Assembly (NCBI GenBank): GCA_000146045.2
Contig: BK006943.2
Span: 64,001-128,000 of the forward strand
Direction of reading: 5' to 3'
Length of the DNA stretch: 64,000 bases
From: TPA_inf: Saccharomyces
Taxonomy: Eukaryota
Shown: in pieces, positions 21,660 to 33,736 of the stretch
Layout of the letters: each line of letters starts with the position of its first letter
Numbering within the stretch: position 1 is the first letter of the stretch
Translations under genes and position numbers: made by a program
The notes under the pieces: model-generated
Told to the model about the DNA's origin: nothing
The model's input: only the letters and a program-made list of their open reading frames with translations
Database searches by the model: none

Positions 21660-23495
21660 ATGGAGATATTCAAGGAAGAAGAAGAAGAAGCTTTTTCGGC
21701 GATAGAAGGTATAATATATGCCTGTGAGGTGTATGACCCTGTACCCCGTCATTTACATAAAAGCAAAACAAAGATCATCAATGCTGCTAAATTAATTATA
21801 GAAACGCATCTTTCATATTATACAATACTCAATAACATTTCAGATATACAAGCCTATCTTTCTACTTGGCTTAGGGATCTTGGAACGACAGGTCCATACC
21901 AAACAATTCTTTCAGAAAGTATTTCTCTCATGTTTGACCGCACTGTATCTATCTTCAGGAAATGTACGATAGAGGGAGGTTTTCCACATTTGATCGCACG
22001 TCTTTATCTCAGATTGAAAAGCTACCAGAAGCTCTTAAACGATGCAGGATTAAAGAATTTTTTTTCAAGCTACGATTATGCTTTCGGGGTTGCATACAAC
22101 CTTGTAAATTGCTCTGAATACAGGTATGACGAAGTTCATTACATATCGAACGGCACTTACTCATTAGTTGCATCGATGAAGATAGATCCTGCTGAAGTCA
22201 TTAAAAGGGAACATTTTAGGCTTACAATTCCGAAATTTAACATATCTAATATATTAATTGAAATTTTTCATTTGCTCGATGGATTAGCATTTTTTAAGGT
22301 GAACCCTGATAGTTTATCTATATCTACAGCTTCAGCAGAAACAATCTTTCGCAGTATCTCCGAAGGTAATCATCAGGTCCTAGAATTGGGGAGAAGTTTA
22401 ATGTTTCCATTGTTGAGGACTGGAGATTTTGAAATCTGTCGTATTGACGACGCGGGAGCTGTCATAACATTTACAGAAGCGAAGGATGTAAAACTAGAAA
22501 TAATCAGTCTGGATGAAGTTTCCTGGGTAATGCAGTGGAAATCTTGTCTTCAAAATTATGAGAGAAGGGCAGCAAATGACAGTTCATTTATCAAAACACA
22601 CCTACAATTTAAGAAGGCCAACAATTTCAATGAAGATAATAATGGGCTAGGACTAATTGTAGACAGAAATATTCCAACAGATGATTTTACGCTAGCTTCT
22701 ACAAACCGTCAAAGTCCCCCGCCTTCAAATACTGGTTGTTCATTACACAGGTCTAAACCCTTGCATATCCCTTTATCATCTGTTATTCGTGAAGACTTTT
22801 ATGATAGCTCTCTAAATGAGCGTATATCTAAAGACGGAGATAGCAGTTGTGAATCCTTCAGTGGCGCCGAAAGTATCTTATCAGACTACGATTTTCATGA
22901 TAATGAATTTTTTAACAACCAGTCACCTCATTATTTTTCAGAACACATAGACAATAACTCGAGAGAGGTGGTAATAACAGATGAAAATACGATAATATCT
23001 TTGGAAAATACCCAAGTAAGTCGGTGGTCAAATTACTCATGGCAAAAAATTTCACCGCATCAATTACAGGTCTCTATTATCCAACTGCGCATGGGAAACT
23101 TCATTGTGGCTTATGATTCTGATTATAACCTTCATCAGTTCAAAATTCGTTTGTGTGACGATATAAAATGTATACAATCCACAGAGCAAGACATACAAAT
23201 ACGTGTCCCGCTCGGCGCAATAATGTGCAGCGTCACTGGTATCTTGAATATTAGGACGAAGGACGCTGACAAGTTGCTTCGGGTATTAAGCTTTTATACC
23301 ACTGACCACACGGAAGCTGTATCGCACTCAAACAATCAAGATGCTACTGCAAGTCCACTTTCGTCAGTTTCATCAGCAATGGATCTCAAGCATTCATTAC
23401 AGAAATGTTCCTCTACAATAATGCCCCAAGAGTTGACGCAGGACGTCATCGGTTCAAAATCAGACCTAATCAGTAATATTCGTCAAAAAATATAA
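21660..23495 (+). CDS. RBH1: Protein of poorly characterised function (YJL181W; I recall the name RBH1), 611 aa
   Basis: 611-aa ORF with no recognisable catalytic motif. Position fits YJL181W. The gene name is given with moderate confidence. Confidence 0.7.
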
Positions 23496-23582
23496 TCATG
23501 TTTATTTACAGAAATTTTCGAATATATGCTTGTATATATATCATAGAAAAGTAGTAATAGAACAACAATTGAATCAACCATA

Positions 23583-24560
23583 TTATTGCTTAAAAGCAGC
23601 AATCGCAGCAGTATGAATTTTTCTTCTGATGTCTCTTTTGTCAACGTCATGAGTATCTTCAACCTCTCCCCACTTTTCAACTTGGAAGATTGTTTCTAAG
23701 GTGGCGGCACGTACAATATTATCCATATCAGTTTTCAAGGCGGGAATTAAGTTCGCAGTATCTTTTTTATTTTCTAATAATAGCACGCCGCAAATGAAGG
23801 ACTTTGTGGTTAATACAGTTTTTTCAAGAATTGCAAGATCCCATGGTGATAAGCTGCTCATATATTTTTTTGCTGCATTCTTAACGATATCCGACTGCTG
23901 ATTGCCTCGTAACCCATGGATGTCGGCATCTAAAATTTGTAGTCGAATATTAGACTCGGATGAAAAGTTGCGTAAAAACTCTTCCATTCCTTTGATGATG
24001 GGTATATATAACTCATTTTGCGCATTGCGTAATCTTCCTTCAAACTCATTCATAGGGGAAAAGACCAATAAAGTATCGGTATCTAAATATCTTAACAACT
24101 GATTTTTTATAACATCACTGTTGCCTCCAATCTTTGCAACTAATTGAGGGTCACAGCCAGGCTCATTTGTCATTTGTAAATCTATGCATCTTGCCACTAA
24201 TGAAGTTAGTGGCAAAGAGTGAGTTTTGATGGAAAGACTGGATAGGGACGACCACTCCAGTTTTAATAGGTATGCTAAGAGAGACTTTGCATTATCAACT
24301 ATAATTCCATTTCCTAGAGGAGTTTTTATAGTCCTGCCATCTAATTGTAGAGCAATCTTTCCTTTCTCAACATCCCTATTTAGTGACACCTTTTCCCAAA
24401 ACTTCTGTGAAGTTTTGCTCAATCTATTTGTTTCCGTAGGAGTGTTATTCTCAATCGTGTTGTCTGTCCCCAGTGGCTGGGCATTTAATGAGTAGAATCG
24501 GGGCAGTTTCAATCTTATGGAATTCACAATGAAGCATCCCTTCCTTAATGATGGCAGCAT
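23583..24560 (-). CDS. ATP12: Mitochondrial F1-ATPase assembly chaperone Atp12, 325 aa
   Basis: MLPSLRKGCFIVNSIRLKLPRFYSLNAQPLG... with an N-terminal mitochondrial presequence. Confidence 0.88.
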   Translation of the reverse strand: MLPSLRKGCFIVNSIRLKLPRFYSLNAQPLGTDNTIENNTPTETNRLSKTSQKFWEKVSLNRDVEKGKIALQLDGRTIKTPLGNGIIVDNAKSLLAYLLKLEWSSLSSLSIKTHSLPLTSLVARCIDLQMTNEPGCDPQLVAKIGGNSDVIKNQLLRYLDTDTLLVFSPMNEFEGRLRNAQNELYIPIIKGMEEFLRNFSSESNIRLQILDADIHGLRGNQQSDIVKNAAKKYMSSLSPWDLAILEKTVLTTKSFICGVLLLENKKDTANLIPALKTDMDNIVRAATLETIFQVEKWGEVEDTHDVDKRDIRRKIHTAAIAAFKQ

Positions 24561-24786
24561 TCCGTATTCTCTTTTGTAGGGTTTCGTTTGCCTTCAAGTG
24601 TTTTGTTCTTATTTAGCCTTTTCCTTTACCTTAATTTTTTTCTTTTCTCTGAAGAAAATGAATGAGTTTAAAGATATAGCAATTAAAAAGTAACAGTGAA
24701 GAAATTTCTCAGATGAGCAGATGGGAATTAAAGAACTATCTACAGAGCTCTTTACTAAATTGAATCAATAATACATACTTACAAAC

Positions 24787-25116
24787 ATGTCACAGATAGC
24801 ACAAGAAATGACAGTGAGCTTAAGAAACGCCAGGACACAATTGGATATGGTCAATCAGCAGCTAGCATATTTGGACAGACAAGAAAAGCTTGCTGAATTG
24901 ACAAAGAAAGAACTAGAGTCTTATCCAACGGACAAAGTATGGAGATCTTGCGGTAAATCGTTTATCTTACAGGATAAATCCAAATACGTTAATGATTTAT
25001 CACATGACGAAACTGTTCTTCTGGATCAAAGAAAAACATTAAAGATAAAGAAGAACTATTTAGAAACTACTGTTGAAAAAACAATAGACAATCTAAAGGC
25101 ATTGATGAAGAATTAA
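24787..25116 (+). CDS. PFD1: Prefoldin subunit 1, 109 aa
   Basis: Coiled-coil ORF MSQIAQEMTVSLRNARTQLDMVNQQLAYLDRQEKLAELTKKELE... Confidence 0.88.
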   Translation: MSQIAQEMTVSLRNARTQLDMVNQQLAYLDRQEKLAELTKKELESYPTDKVWRSCGKSFILQDKSKYVNDLSHDETVLLDQRKTLKIKKNYLETTVEKTIDNLKALMKN

Positions 25117-25281
25117 AAGAAAGCGGCAATAGCCTTTCCTTTCTTAGCCGGAAAACTTACTACGGGAACAAGTTTTTTTTATTAGTATAATGTAGATATA
25201 AAAGCTTAGAGTTTATATAAATATAATAAAAGGTTAGCACTGCTGTTGCAAAAATATCGAATTGTAAGCCAGTAAACTTAT

Positions 25282-26097
25282 TTAAACGGCGCTATAACCG
25301 CCTCTTTGGGCGGTACTTCTGCCTAAGATTCTCGAAACCACTTCCTTGCAGAATTCAGGTAAGGAAGTGAGAAATTGAGTAGAACGTTGAATGAACTCAG
25401 CACGGAAATCTTGAAAAGAGCCTCCTCTGGTATTCAAGAATGATACAACCATCAGGTATATCAATGTAAACAGTAGAGCGTATAGGAATAACCAAGTGAA
25501 CCACGAAGTCCCGCCTGCCTTCTTAGCTGGCTTTTTCCCCTCGCTGTCACCATCCTTACCATTATCGCCGTCGCCATTTTTTTTGTCATCATCTTTGCTC
25601 TTCAAACAGCCAGATGGCCCTTTTAGGGTCAATTGGATACTTTTATCGGCCCATGTGTGACTAGTCAGCTCGTCTTGTTTCATATTGTCATTACACTGAA
25701 ATTCTAGTTTTGCGTCAAAAGAATTGGCGCCCCACGTAGCGCCTTTTAGTGTCAATGTAAGCGCACTCTCAGTTTCCTCGACATTGAAGCCAATGTTTTT
25801 GTCAAAATCTATAATTTGAGTGGTGATAGCATCCTTACCGGGCAAGATGACATCTGTTAAACCACATAGCATGTCATTTTTTTTACATTCTTCAGGAGGT
25901 TCTACGTTATGCTCTTCGCAAACGTTTATCCACCACTTTTCAATAGTTGTGCTTGGCGGAGTATCCCTTTCCGTAGAAGTTAGTGAGCTAAATTTTCCCA
26001 CCTGATACTTTTTCAATACATCATGCTTCTCGCAGGACAAGGCCTGTACCACTGTAATTATACTGATGAAGCCACATATCCAAGTCTTCGATACCAT
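25282..26097 (-). CDS. ATG27: Autophagy membrane protein Atg27, 271 aa
   Basis: Signal peptide, lumenal domain and a single C-terminal TM segment. MVSKTWICGFISIITVVQALSCEKHDVLKKY... Confidence 0.85.
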   Translation of the reverse strand: MVSKTWICGFISIITVVQALSCEKHDVLKKYQVGKFSSLTSTERDTPPSTTIEKWWINVCEEHNVEPPEECKKNDMLCGLTDVILPGKDAITTQIIDFDKNIGFNVEETESALTLTLKGATWGANSFDAKLEFQCNDNMKQDELTSHTWADKSIQLTLKGPSGCLKSKDDDKKNGDGDNGKDGDSEGKKPAKKAGGTSWFTWLFLYALLFTLIYLMVVSFLNTRGGSFQDFRAEFIQRSTQFLTSLPEFCKEVVSRILGRSTAQRGGYSAV

Positions 26098-26260
26098 CGT
26101 GAAAGCTTTCCTTACCTTTATCTATCGCATCGATTGAAGATCTCAGATATAAATCTACAGCAGACTAATATGCCACTAACCTCTTGAAAACCCGTCGCTT
26201 ACGAAAAAGAAGGAAGACGGAAAAAGGACGGCATCCTTTTCAATTTGCACCTGGACATTC

Positions 26261-26274
26261 TCACCCATACATGG
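26261..26274 (+). promoter_or_regulatory. Rap1-binding site (TCACCCATACATGG), about 520 bp upstream of RPL17B
   Basis: Match to the RP-promoter Rap1 consensus ACACCCRYACAYM in the ATG27-RPL17B intergenic region. Confidence 0.6.
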
Positions 26275-26785
26275 CCTTGTTTTTTTTTTAACTGAAACTT
26301 TTTTGGCCGTTTTTGAGGATATGATATTTCTATGTCGGAGAACAAAAGTAGGCGTGGGAAGTGAAGCTCTTTCGCTCTTTCTGTGATGATCTCCTTCCAG
26401 CTAGGCTCGGTTCGACCCTGAGGTCTGCCCCTAGCTCCTTCCTATTCCAAACGGAATACCAAATGTCCAGCCCGTGACAATGCAGCAGGGTGGCTAATTT
26501 TTCATCCAGAGTTTGCAGAATGTTGGTTCTCACAAACTCAGAGAGAATTGGCGGATGATGGGTAACTGTGAGAGGAAGTGTCTGGATTTGATCGTATTTG
26601 TTAAATTCATCAACACCTTTTATGCAGAGGTGTAGTAGTGTAGGTAGCCCTTAGTAATTGGTGTTTATTATTGTCTATATAGAAATTTCTTTTTAGTGTA
26701 GCTTGTACTCTTTCCCTGCATTATTTTTGTTTTATTGACTTTTGTCTTGGTGAATCAAAAAATTAACGAAACGAACAAATTTAAA

Positions 26786-27657
26786 ATGGCAAGATACGGT
26801 GCTACTTCAACCAACCCAGCTAAATCTGCGTCAGCTCGTGGTTCTTATTTGCGTGTTTCTTTCAAGAACACCAGGGAAACTGCTCAAGCCATTAATGGTT
26901 GGGAATTGACTAAGGCTCAAAAATACTTGGACCAAGTTTTGGACCACCAAAGAGCCATCCCATTCAGAAGATTTAACTCCTCTATTGGTAGAACTGCCCA
27001 AGGTAAGGAATTTGGTGTCACCAAGGCTAGATGGCCAGCTAAATCTGTTAAGTTCGTTCAAGGTTTGTTGCAAAACGCCGCTGCCAATGCTGAAGTATGT
27101 TTAAAATGAAAATATGAAAAATAAGATTGAAAAATAATAATGATGTGTTGACGGGAGATGATAAAGTATTAGAATATGTTCATATGTGTTGCATCCTATT
27201 TTCTGCATGAATGCACGATTCGAAAGAGCTAAAATTAACAGTTTTCCAAATGAAAGAGAAAAGAAATAAAGAAGAAATGGGACATGCAAAAAGGAACTAT
27301 GGATACCTATTAAGCGTATAGCATAGTGTTTTCTAATCTTATTTTTTCTTACACTACGACTTTAAAATTTTTACTAACAATGAATTACTATTAATTTTCT
27401 TTTTAAAACAGGCTAAGGGTCTAGATGCTACCAAGTTGTACGTTTCTCACATCCAAGTTAACCAAGCACCAAAGCAAAGAAGAAGAACTTACAGAGCCCA
27501 CGGTAGAATCAACAAGTACGAATCTTCTCCATCTCACATTGAATTGGTTGTTACCGAAAAGGAAGAAGCTGTCGCCAAGGCTGCTGAAAAGAAGGTTGTC
27601 AGATTGACTTCTAGACAAAGAGGTAGAATTGCTGCCCAAAAACGTATCTCTGCTTAA
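26786..27657 (+). CDS. RPL17B: Ribosomal protein L17 (B copy), split by an intron. Exon 1 is 26786..27094, exon 2 is 27412..27657. Product is 184 aa.
   Basis: [19 protein letters not shown]...NAAANAE|[18 protein letters not shown]... GTATGT donor at 27095. TACTAAC at 27372-27378. CAG acceptor ends at 27411. Confidence 0.9.
27095..27411 (+). other. RPL17B: Intron of RPL17B (317 nt)
   Basis: GTATGT donor, TACTAAC branchpoint and CAG acceptor. Frame is restored across the junction. Confidence 0.88.
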
Positions 27658-28052
27658 ATGCTTTTTTAATTTTAAAATCTTTTAAAGTGAATATTTGATT
27701 TATATACTACTATATACTAATTTGTTTAGGCCAATACACAGAATCAAAATCAAACTAAGAACAACACAGAACAAGAAAAATAACTTTTGATAAAGGCTCT
27801 TTTAAATAAAAAAAATAGAAAAAATAGAAAATAACACAATTATAGATATATATCTACATGTACATAACATGTCTAGTCGAATCTAGAGAAATGGGATAAA
27901 AATCAGAGAGAAGCCAAGTCAAGTGACGCACCATTAAAGAAATGAACCTAGAAGAAAGAAAATAAGCAAAAATATAGAGCGAAACAAAATAGAAAGTGTT
28001 ACTAATGAAGAATAATTACAACAAAAACAAAAATGATCTCCATGTGTCATTG

Positions 28053-30530
28053 TTATGCCGACCAATACCTGTAAAATTGAGGTGCTTCAATAGAAATGGG
28101 TTTGACATCATTCTCGTTAGATATACTTTGGCCATTATGGTTTTCACCTGTTTCAATATTAGGTTTGTTAAATGGATTCTTTCCAATACTTAAAGTTTCA
28201 GGTTTCGATAGCATACTTTTGAAATGGTCTATCTGCGACCTGATTTCCTCCTTCTCCGCCACTGAACTATTATTGATATTGCTGTCGGATATTAAATTCA
28301 AGCATTTGCTTAAAACGTTTACAATCTTGCTGGAGTTTTGGTTGAAGTTCAATCTCTGAATTAGTAAGTTTTCCTGTTGTCTTTCTAGGGTTTTCCTTTC
28401 TAGCTCCATAAATTTTTCTAGTTTCTTTAAATGATTTAATTTAGCGTCCAATTTTTCCATTTGAAGTCTTATTAGCTCGTTAGTCAAAAAATTCATTTGC
28501 CTTTCCTCGTTGGTAGCGAAAATATGACTCCTATAACCCAATGATGATATGGCAATTTCTGAACCTTCTTTAATATGTTCAATTGGCTTTTGGTCAGAGA
28601 TTTCCTCTTTTTGTGATTTTATTGATTCTGCGGACTGAATGGCTCTCTGGGTCATCGACTGTACAGTCTTCGGATTGACCAAACCCACCAAGAATGCTAT
28701 TGTTGATAAAACGGGGTTTTCGCTCTTCGAAAATGGCAAGTGAGGAGCATATTTCAAAGGTCCTAACCCGTTGTCATTATCACCCTTGCCATTGCCGTCA
28801 CCGTATAAAAATTTATCTTCAATGGGCAATTGAAGGAAACGTAAGATACACTGTTCAGGCGACTTATTGCCAACGTTTTTGGCCACTTTGTACCAGTCAG
28901 CGCCGAATTCTTGTATTCCCTTTAATAGCTTTTGCAAATCTTCTTTTGACCAATTTTCATCAATTTGTTCTAGAATTTTGACTTTTTTCAGAGGACGTGA
29001 AGTTTCGCCTTCTTCCAATAGATTGGCATCACCAGTCATGCTTGTTGACGTACTTACTTCATTGTTCATTTTACCACCATTATCATTTTTGTCACCATTT
29101 TCATCATCAGTGGTACTGGGGGGGTGAGTTATTTCATCATATTTTCTTTTGCTTTCTTTCAAATATTTATATAAAGTACTCTCCGAATCACTAGTGTTCA
29201 TCATTTTTTTAAGCTTTGCCATATCCGGCAGTTGTACAGATGGTTTGTAACTTTCGAATGGGAATAGTCCTCTGGGGGCATCATGCCTTGTGGAATATTG
29301 AGACGTTAGTGGGGGTTCGATGTTCTTAGGTAATAGTTTGGAGTCAACCTGATAGTTTATTAGCCCCCATTTTGTTAAGAATTTATGCAATCTGAATAAT
29401 GCAGCAGCATCACCAGAGACGTTTCTCCTCGCCGTAGTGACACTGAAATATTCGTTGGGGTTCAGCCTGTAAGAATTTACCATGAAGTTTCTGTATCTCA
29501 TGTAAACTTCAGGTGTCTTTGATGGAATCCTATTGGTGAAAAATTCAGGTAACGATTGAACTTCAATGGAATGAATTTTTTCTAGATTGAACCATTTAGA
29601 ATAACTTGGAATAACAATTTCATGTGCTTGCGGTATCTCAAAAGTTTCGGGTTCTACTCTGGTGATAGTGGTTTTCTTTGGATTGGCACTTTTGGAGTGA
29701 TCGTTCATGATTTCACGTTCCTGTTCGTTTCTCTCTTCGCCACTATCTACCTTCTTATCTACACTTTCCGTCTTTTCTATGATATCCTCCTGTTCAGCTT
29801 TATGCGCATCTGGAATTTCAGATGGAGTATTAGCAACCGACGAAGTGTTGCCTAGTTGTTTAGACTCACTCTTTGTGTCTCCAAAAATGGAATTATCAGG
29901 ACTAATCATCGGTTGATCGTCATCCTCATCATCTTCTTCCACTTCATCCATTTCCTTTGTGTTCTCATCTGGCTGACTTTCTTCTTTGACACCTTCAATA
30001 ACAGTGTTATTCTCTGGTTCTTCCTCTTTTTGTATTTTGACGTCCTCCATGTTTTTAACGTCACCATTTGAATCCTGTATTGTGCTGTCTTCCTTAATAG
30101 CAGGCTTATTGTTTTCATTGTCTACCGGGTTCGTAGGTATACTAGGAGTGTTTGCCTCATTGTTCGAAACAGAACTCTCGGTTTCGCCAAAGAGATTATC
30201 ACTATCCTCATTATCTTGGCCAAAGACGTTCTGGGCCCTGCTTTCTTCTGTAGAAGGTGTTTCCTGGGAATCTAGCTTATTCGCTTGCATAGTCGGCTGC
30301 TGCTTTGCCGTTACCGTTATCGCCTCACTTTCTGCATCGCGTGTGTTCGGAACAGTTGCTTCATCCTTCAGAGACTCATCTTGTTGCTGCGATTCTTCAC
30401 CAGCAGTATCTGTATTGGCAACCCCTGCCACAGCTGCATTAGCGTTGCTATCACTATTGTTGTCATTGCCATGTTGGTCCACGTCCACGGAAGCGTTTAC
30501 CGTGGACCCCTCACCCAGTGTATTCTCCAT
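28053..30530 (-). CDS. SWI3: SWI/SNF chromatin-remodelling complex subunit Swi3 (SWIRM and SANT domains), 825 aa
   Basis: MENTLGEGSTVNASVDVDQHGNDNN..., a long acidic N-terminus, SANT (WSKEDLQKLLKGIQEFGADWYKVAKNVGNKSPEQCILRFLQLP) and a leucine-zipper C-terminus. The track ORF starts 6 codons upstream. Confidence 0.9.
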   Translation of the reverse strand: MENTLGEGSTVNASVDVDQHGNDNNSDSNANAAVAGVANTDTAGEESQQQDESLKDEATVPNTRDAESEAITVTAKQQPTMQANKLDSQETPSTEESRAQNVFGQDNEDSDNLFGETESSVSNNEANTPSIPTNPVDNENNKPAIKEDSTIQDSNGDVKNMEDVKIQKEEEPENNTVIEGVKEESQPDENTKEMDEVEEDDEDDDQPMISPDNSIFGDTKSESKQLGNTSSVANTPSEIPDAHKAEQEDIIEKTESVDKKVDSGEERNEQEREIMNDHSKSANPKKTTITRVEPETFEIPQAHEIVIPSYSKWFNLEKIHSIEVQSLPEFFTNRIPSKTPEVYMRYRNFMVNSYRLNPNEYFSVTTARRNVSGDAAALFRLHKFLTKWGLINYQVDSKLLPKNIEPPLTSQYSTRHDAPRGLFPFESYKPSVQLPDMAKLKKMMNTSDSESTLYKYLKESKRKYDEITHPPSTTDDENGDKNDNGGKMNNEVSTSTSMTGDANLLEEGETSRPLKKVKILEQIDENWSKEDLQKLLKGIQEFGADWYKVAKNVGNKSPEQCILRFLQLPIEDKFLYGDGNGKGDNDNGLGPLKYAPHLPFSKSENPVLSTIAFLVGLVNPKTVQSMTQRAIQSAESIKSQKEEISDQKPIEHIKEGSEIAISSLGYRSHIFATNEERQMNFLTNELIRLQMEKLDAKLNHLKKLEKFMELERKTLERQQENLLIQRLNFNQNSSKIVNVLSKCLNLISDSNINNSSVAEKEEIRSQIDHFKSMLSKPETLSIGKNPFNKPNIETGENHNGQSISNENDVKPISIEAPQFYRYWSA

Positions 30531-31091
30531 GCTTGCAAACCGTATCACAATTGGTCTCTGAACGCGCCTCGATGTACCAATATATCGCGCCTTGCATGGC
30601 CTTTACACATTCCTCTTGCGTATCTGATATAGTTTGTTTTCGTCTTTTCGCCAATGGCCTAAACGCCAAACGTCCGGCCTCGTTATTCGTGATGCCTACT
30701 TAATGGCTCTTAAATCGAATTTAAACTAGCTCAAAAGTAATCAATTCAAACTAAAATAACATCATTGGCCATCCTGAATTGTTGGATGCCATCTAAACTG
30801 CGTATTGACCATTATTCCATCGTAACCACGGCGGTTCAATATAATATCACTTTTGACGATTAGGTGTTTTATTTACATTTCTTTTTTTTTTTCCTCGAAA
30901 AAGATCTTCAAGGATAATACAGGAATAGAACAGGAGTCTCAAAGCATTCTTGAAGCCAGATTTGCTCCAGTTTGATAGTTCCAAGAAGCGCTAAAAGTGG
31001 CAGTTCACACTTTGTTTTGATTACTAGGAATCTACTCTTTCGCTTTTTACTTCCTTCTCAGAGAATCAGCAACTGTGACATATTATAGATA

Positions 31092-31922
31092 ATGCGTTTA
31101 CAAAGAAATTCCATCATATGTGCTTTGGTGTTTTTAGTCTCATTTGTGCTGGGAGATGTGAATATTGTTTCCCCCAGCTCCAAGGCAACATTCAGTCCAA
31201 GTGGTGGTACTGTCTCTGTTCCCGTTGAATGGATGGATAATGGGGCATATCCCTCGTTAAGCAAGATTTCAACTTTCACGTTCAGTCTTTGTACTGGTCC
31301 TAATAACAACATTGACTGTGTGGCCGTACTTGCCAGTAAAATTACTCCAAGTGAGCTAACACAAGATGATAAAGTTTACTCTTACACAGCTGAGTTTGCT
31401 TCGACCTTAACTGGGAACGGTCAATATTACATTCAAGTTTTTGCCCAGGTGGACGGTCAAGGTTACACTATCCATTATACACCAAGATTCCAGTTGACTT
31501 CCATGGGCGGTGTTACGGCTTATACATATAGTGCCACAACTGAACCTACTCCCCAGACTTCTATTCAAACAACCACTACAAACAACGCCCAAGCCACTAC
31601 TATTGACAGTCGTTCATTTACTGTTCCGTACACCAAGCAGACTGGTACGTCGCGTTTCGCTCCAATGCAAATGCAGCCAAATACTAAAGTGACCGCTACC
31701 ACATGGACAAGGAAATTTGCCACTAGTGCTGTGACATATTACTCTACCTTTGGGTCATTGCCAGAGCAAGCAACTACGATAACTCCTGGCTGGTCTTATA
31801 CGATATCATCGGGAGTAAACTACGCTACTCCTGCATCTATGCCTTCAGATAATGGTGGTTGGTACAAACCATCCAAGAGATTGTCTTTGTCTGCAAGGAA
31901 AATCAACATGAGAAAAGTATGA
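31092..31922 (+). CDS. KRE9: Secreted O-glycoprotein required for beta-1,6-glucan synthesis, 276 aa
   Basis: MRLQRNSIICALVFLVSFVLG signal peptide and a Ser/Thr-rich body. Confidence 0.88.
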   Translation: MRLQRNSIICALVFLVSFVLGDVNIVSPSSKATFSPSGGTVSVPVEWMDNGAYPSLSKISTFTFSLCTGPNNNIDCVAVLASKITPSELTQDDKVYSYTAEFASTLTGNGQYYIQVFAQVDGQGYTIHYTPRFQLTSMGGVTAYTYSATTEPTPQTSIQTTTTNNAQATTIDSRSFTVPYTKQTGTSRFAPMQMQPNTKVTATTWTRKFATSAVTYYSTFGSLPEQATTITPGWSYTISSGVNYATPASMPSDNGGWYKPSKRLSLSARKINMRKV

Positions 31923-32160
31923 AAAATAGACGGCTTCTACTATCATCATTACAGTAAGGGTTGAAGTCAGGAAAGGTTAAAAATAAAATAAATATCAAAA
32001 AGTTTTTAGCGGAAGGCGTTAAGGCAGCAAGTACACATTCATTTATCTATCTATACATCTATAAACACAACTACAATTTTTTTAGAAATGGAATTTATTA
32101 TATGAAGGGAAGACATATAGAGGCAACAGTACATAAAGGTAAGAATAAAAGCGATTTTAG

Positions 32161-32529
32161 CTAGTATATTTCTGGGTATTTCTTACATAGTCTCTGTAAA
32201 GCAACCACACCGTTTAAGCTTAAATCTTCGTTCTCCTTGAATTTGCATAGTACAGCGTCTAGAATCAAAAATCCTAGCTCGCCGTCATCATTGTTCCTGC
32301 AAACAAACTCATACCACGAGTCGATCTCAAATGTTTTATTCATAGATACACGAATATTGTTCAACGTAATCATTTCAACCTCGCTGCCGTTTTTCGATGA
32401 TATGGTTGGCGATTGTAAAATCAACTGAGATTCAGTGGGTTGTGATTTGATTTGCGCTATTATCCTAAACACAGGAGCATTGACGTTGGAGATTTCTGTG
32501 GGGTCAACTCTTGGTGTTTCGCTGGCCAT
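32161..32529 (-). CDS. RFA3: Replication protein A small subunit (RPA14), 122 aa
   Basis: MASETPRVDPTEISNVNAPVFRIIAQIKSQPTESQLILQSPTISSKNGSEVEMITLNNI... Confidence 0.92.
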   Translation of the reverse strand: MASETPRVDPTEISNVNAPVFRIIAQIKSQPTESQLILQSPTISSKNGSEVEMITLNNIRVSMNKTFEIDSWYEFVCRNNDDGELGFLILDAVLCKFKENEDLSLNGVVALQRLCKKYPEIY

Positions 32530-33736
32530 TTTTACTTGTGTTACTGGTAGACGATGTTCTACAAGAATGGTGAAGGGTGTGTTATATTGCTCTTTATTTA
32601 AACACGAACGAAAAAAATATCGCGTATTGCCACATTTGGCGCGTCAATATTAAAGAACGAAGGCATTATATAGGGCGACTTGTCATGATTCCAACCATGG
32701 CATGGGCGGTGGATGCTTCTCAGCAGTGGCCCATTACGTTAGTCAACGACTGTTGGCTGTCATCTGTTCTTGTTGGGTGCTTGCAGCTGCATCGACAAAC
32801 ATGGATGGATGCCTCTACATATATATATATATTTATGTAATGGACCTCTGAATATTTTACTATGTAACTGACTATAGGAGATACCACTGGTGCTGTAGTA
32901 CAATTTAGCACTTGCAAGCGTTGACACAGTTGTTGCGAAGGCCTCTTTCTTGTAGCACTTAATTGGAGTATGACTGCCATCATGTAGGGAAATTATGAAA
33001 GCATAGGATCAATCTTGACGTTGCAAAGAAGAAGAGACTTGCTGTTCCCTATTGATCACTTACCGTTATTGGAGTTCATATGGTACTTTTTTCATAATTT
33101 TACGAGTAATCCCTAGTGGTAGTTAATATTCAGCAAATAAAATACCAGTTTGAGACCAAAGGTAAGATAAGAGTTTACTGATAAAGACAAAGAATTGGGA
33201 TGACCTAGTCCAAGGGATTATAGTACCTTCGCGAGTATTGCATATAAGCTTTTAGCGATACACAAACAAAGCGACACCGGGATTTGCATATCGCTTGTTC
33301 CTACGACGTTGTCAGTTCCATAACCTCTGATTTCCCATACGGATTTTGAAAATCAGCTACGAATAGATAGTCTTTTTCTATTTTCAGTAAATGTGTCATT
33401 GAAAAAAGTTTCTTTAGAACGACGCTTTTTGCAGGCTACTAGAAACACCCACTTCTAGTAGCTTTACGTGACGAATTGAACCGCGTGATCTTGTGCACTG
33501 TTATCCTAAATGCTCAATGCTCAGAACATCTTCTTGTTATCTCAGCCTCGCCACCCTTATCTTATCATAGCGGCCTTTTATTTTCCCCTTTGGGCAAAAT
33601 ACGATACAGCCTTCCAAGGTCGGGCAAGAAAGTTTATGACATATAAAAGAAACGGGTACCCCAAATACGTCTCTTCCCATTGTAAAACTAATCCTGCATC
33701 ATCACATTAAGGAATCATTCATCTAACAATTACATT

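Noticed and set aside
28096-30632. Cluster of 60-115 aa ORFs on the plus strand within SWI3 (28096-28359, 28694-28981, 28867-29127, 28997-29194, 29622-29855, 29707-29916, 29856-30071, 30285-30632)
   Set aside because: These are antisense to the highly acidic, low-complexity SWI3 N-terminal and central regions. Antisense of GAA/GAT-rich sequence gives stop-poor Phe/Ser/Leu frames.
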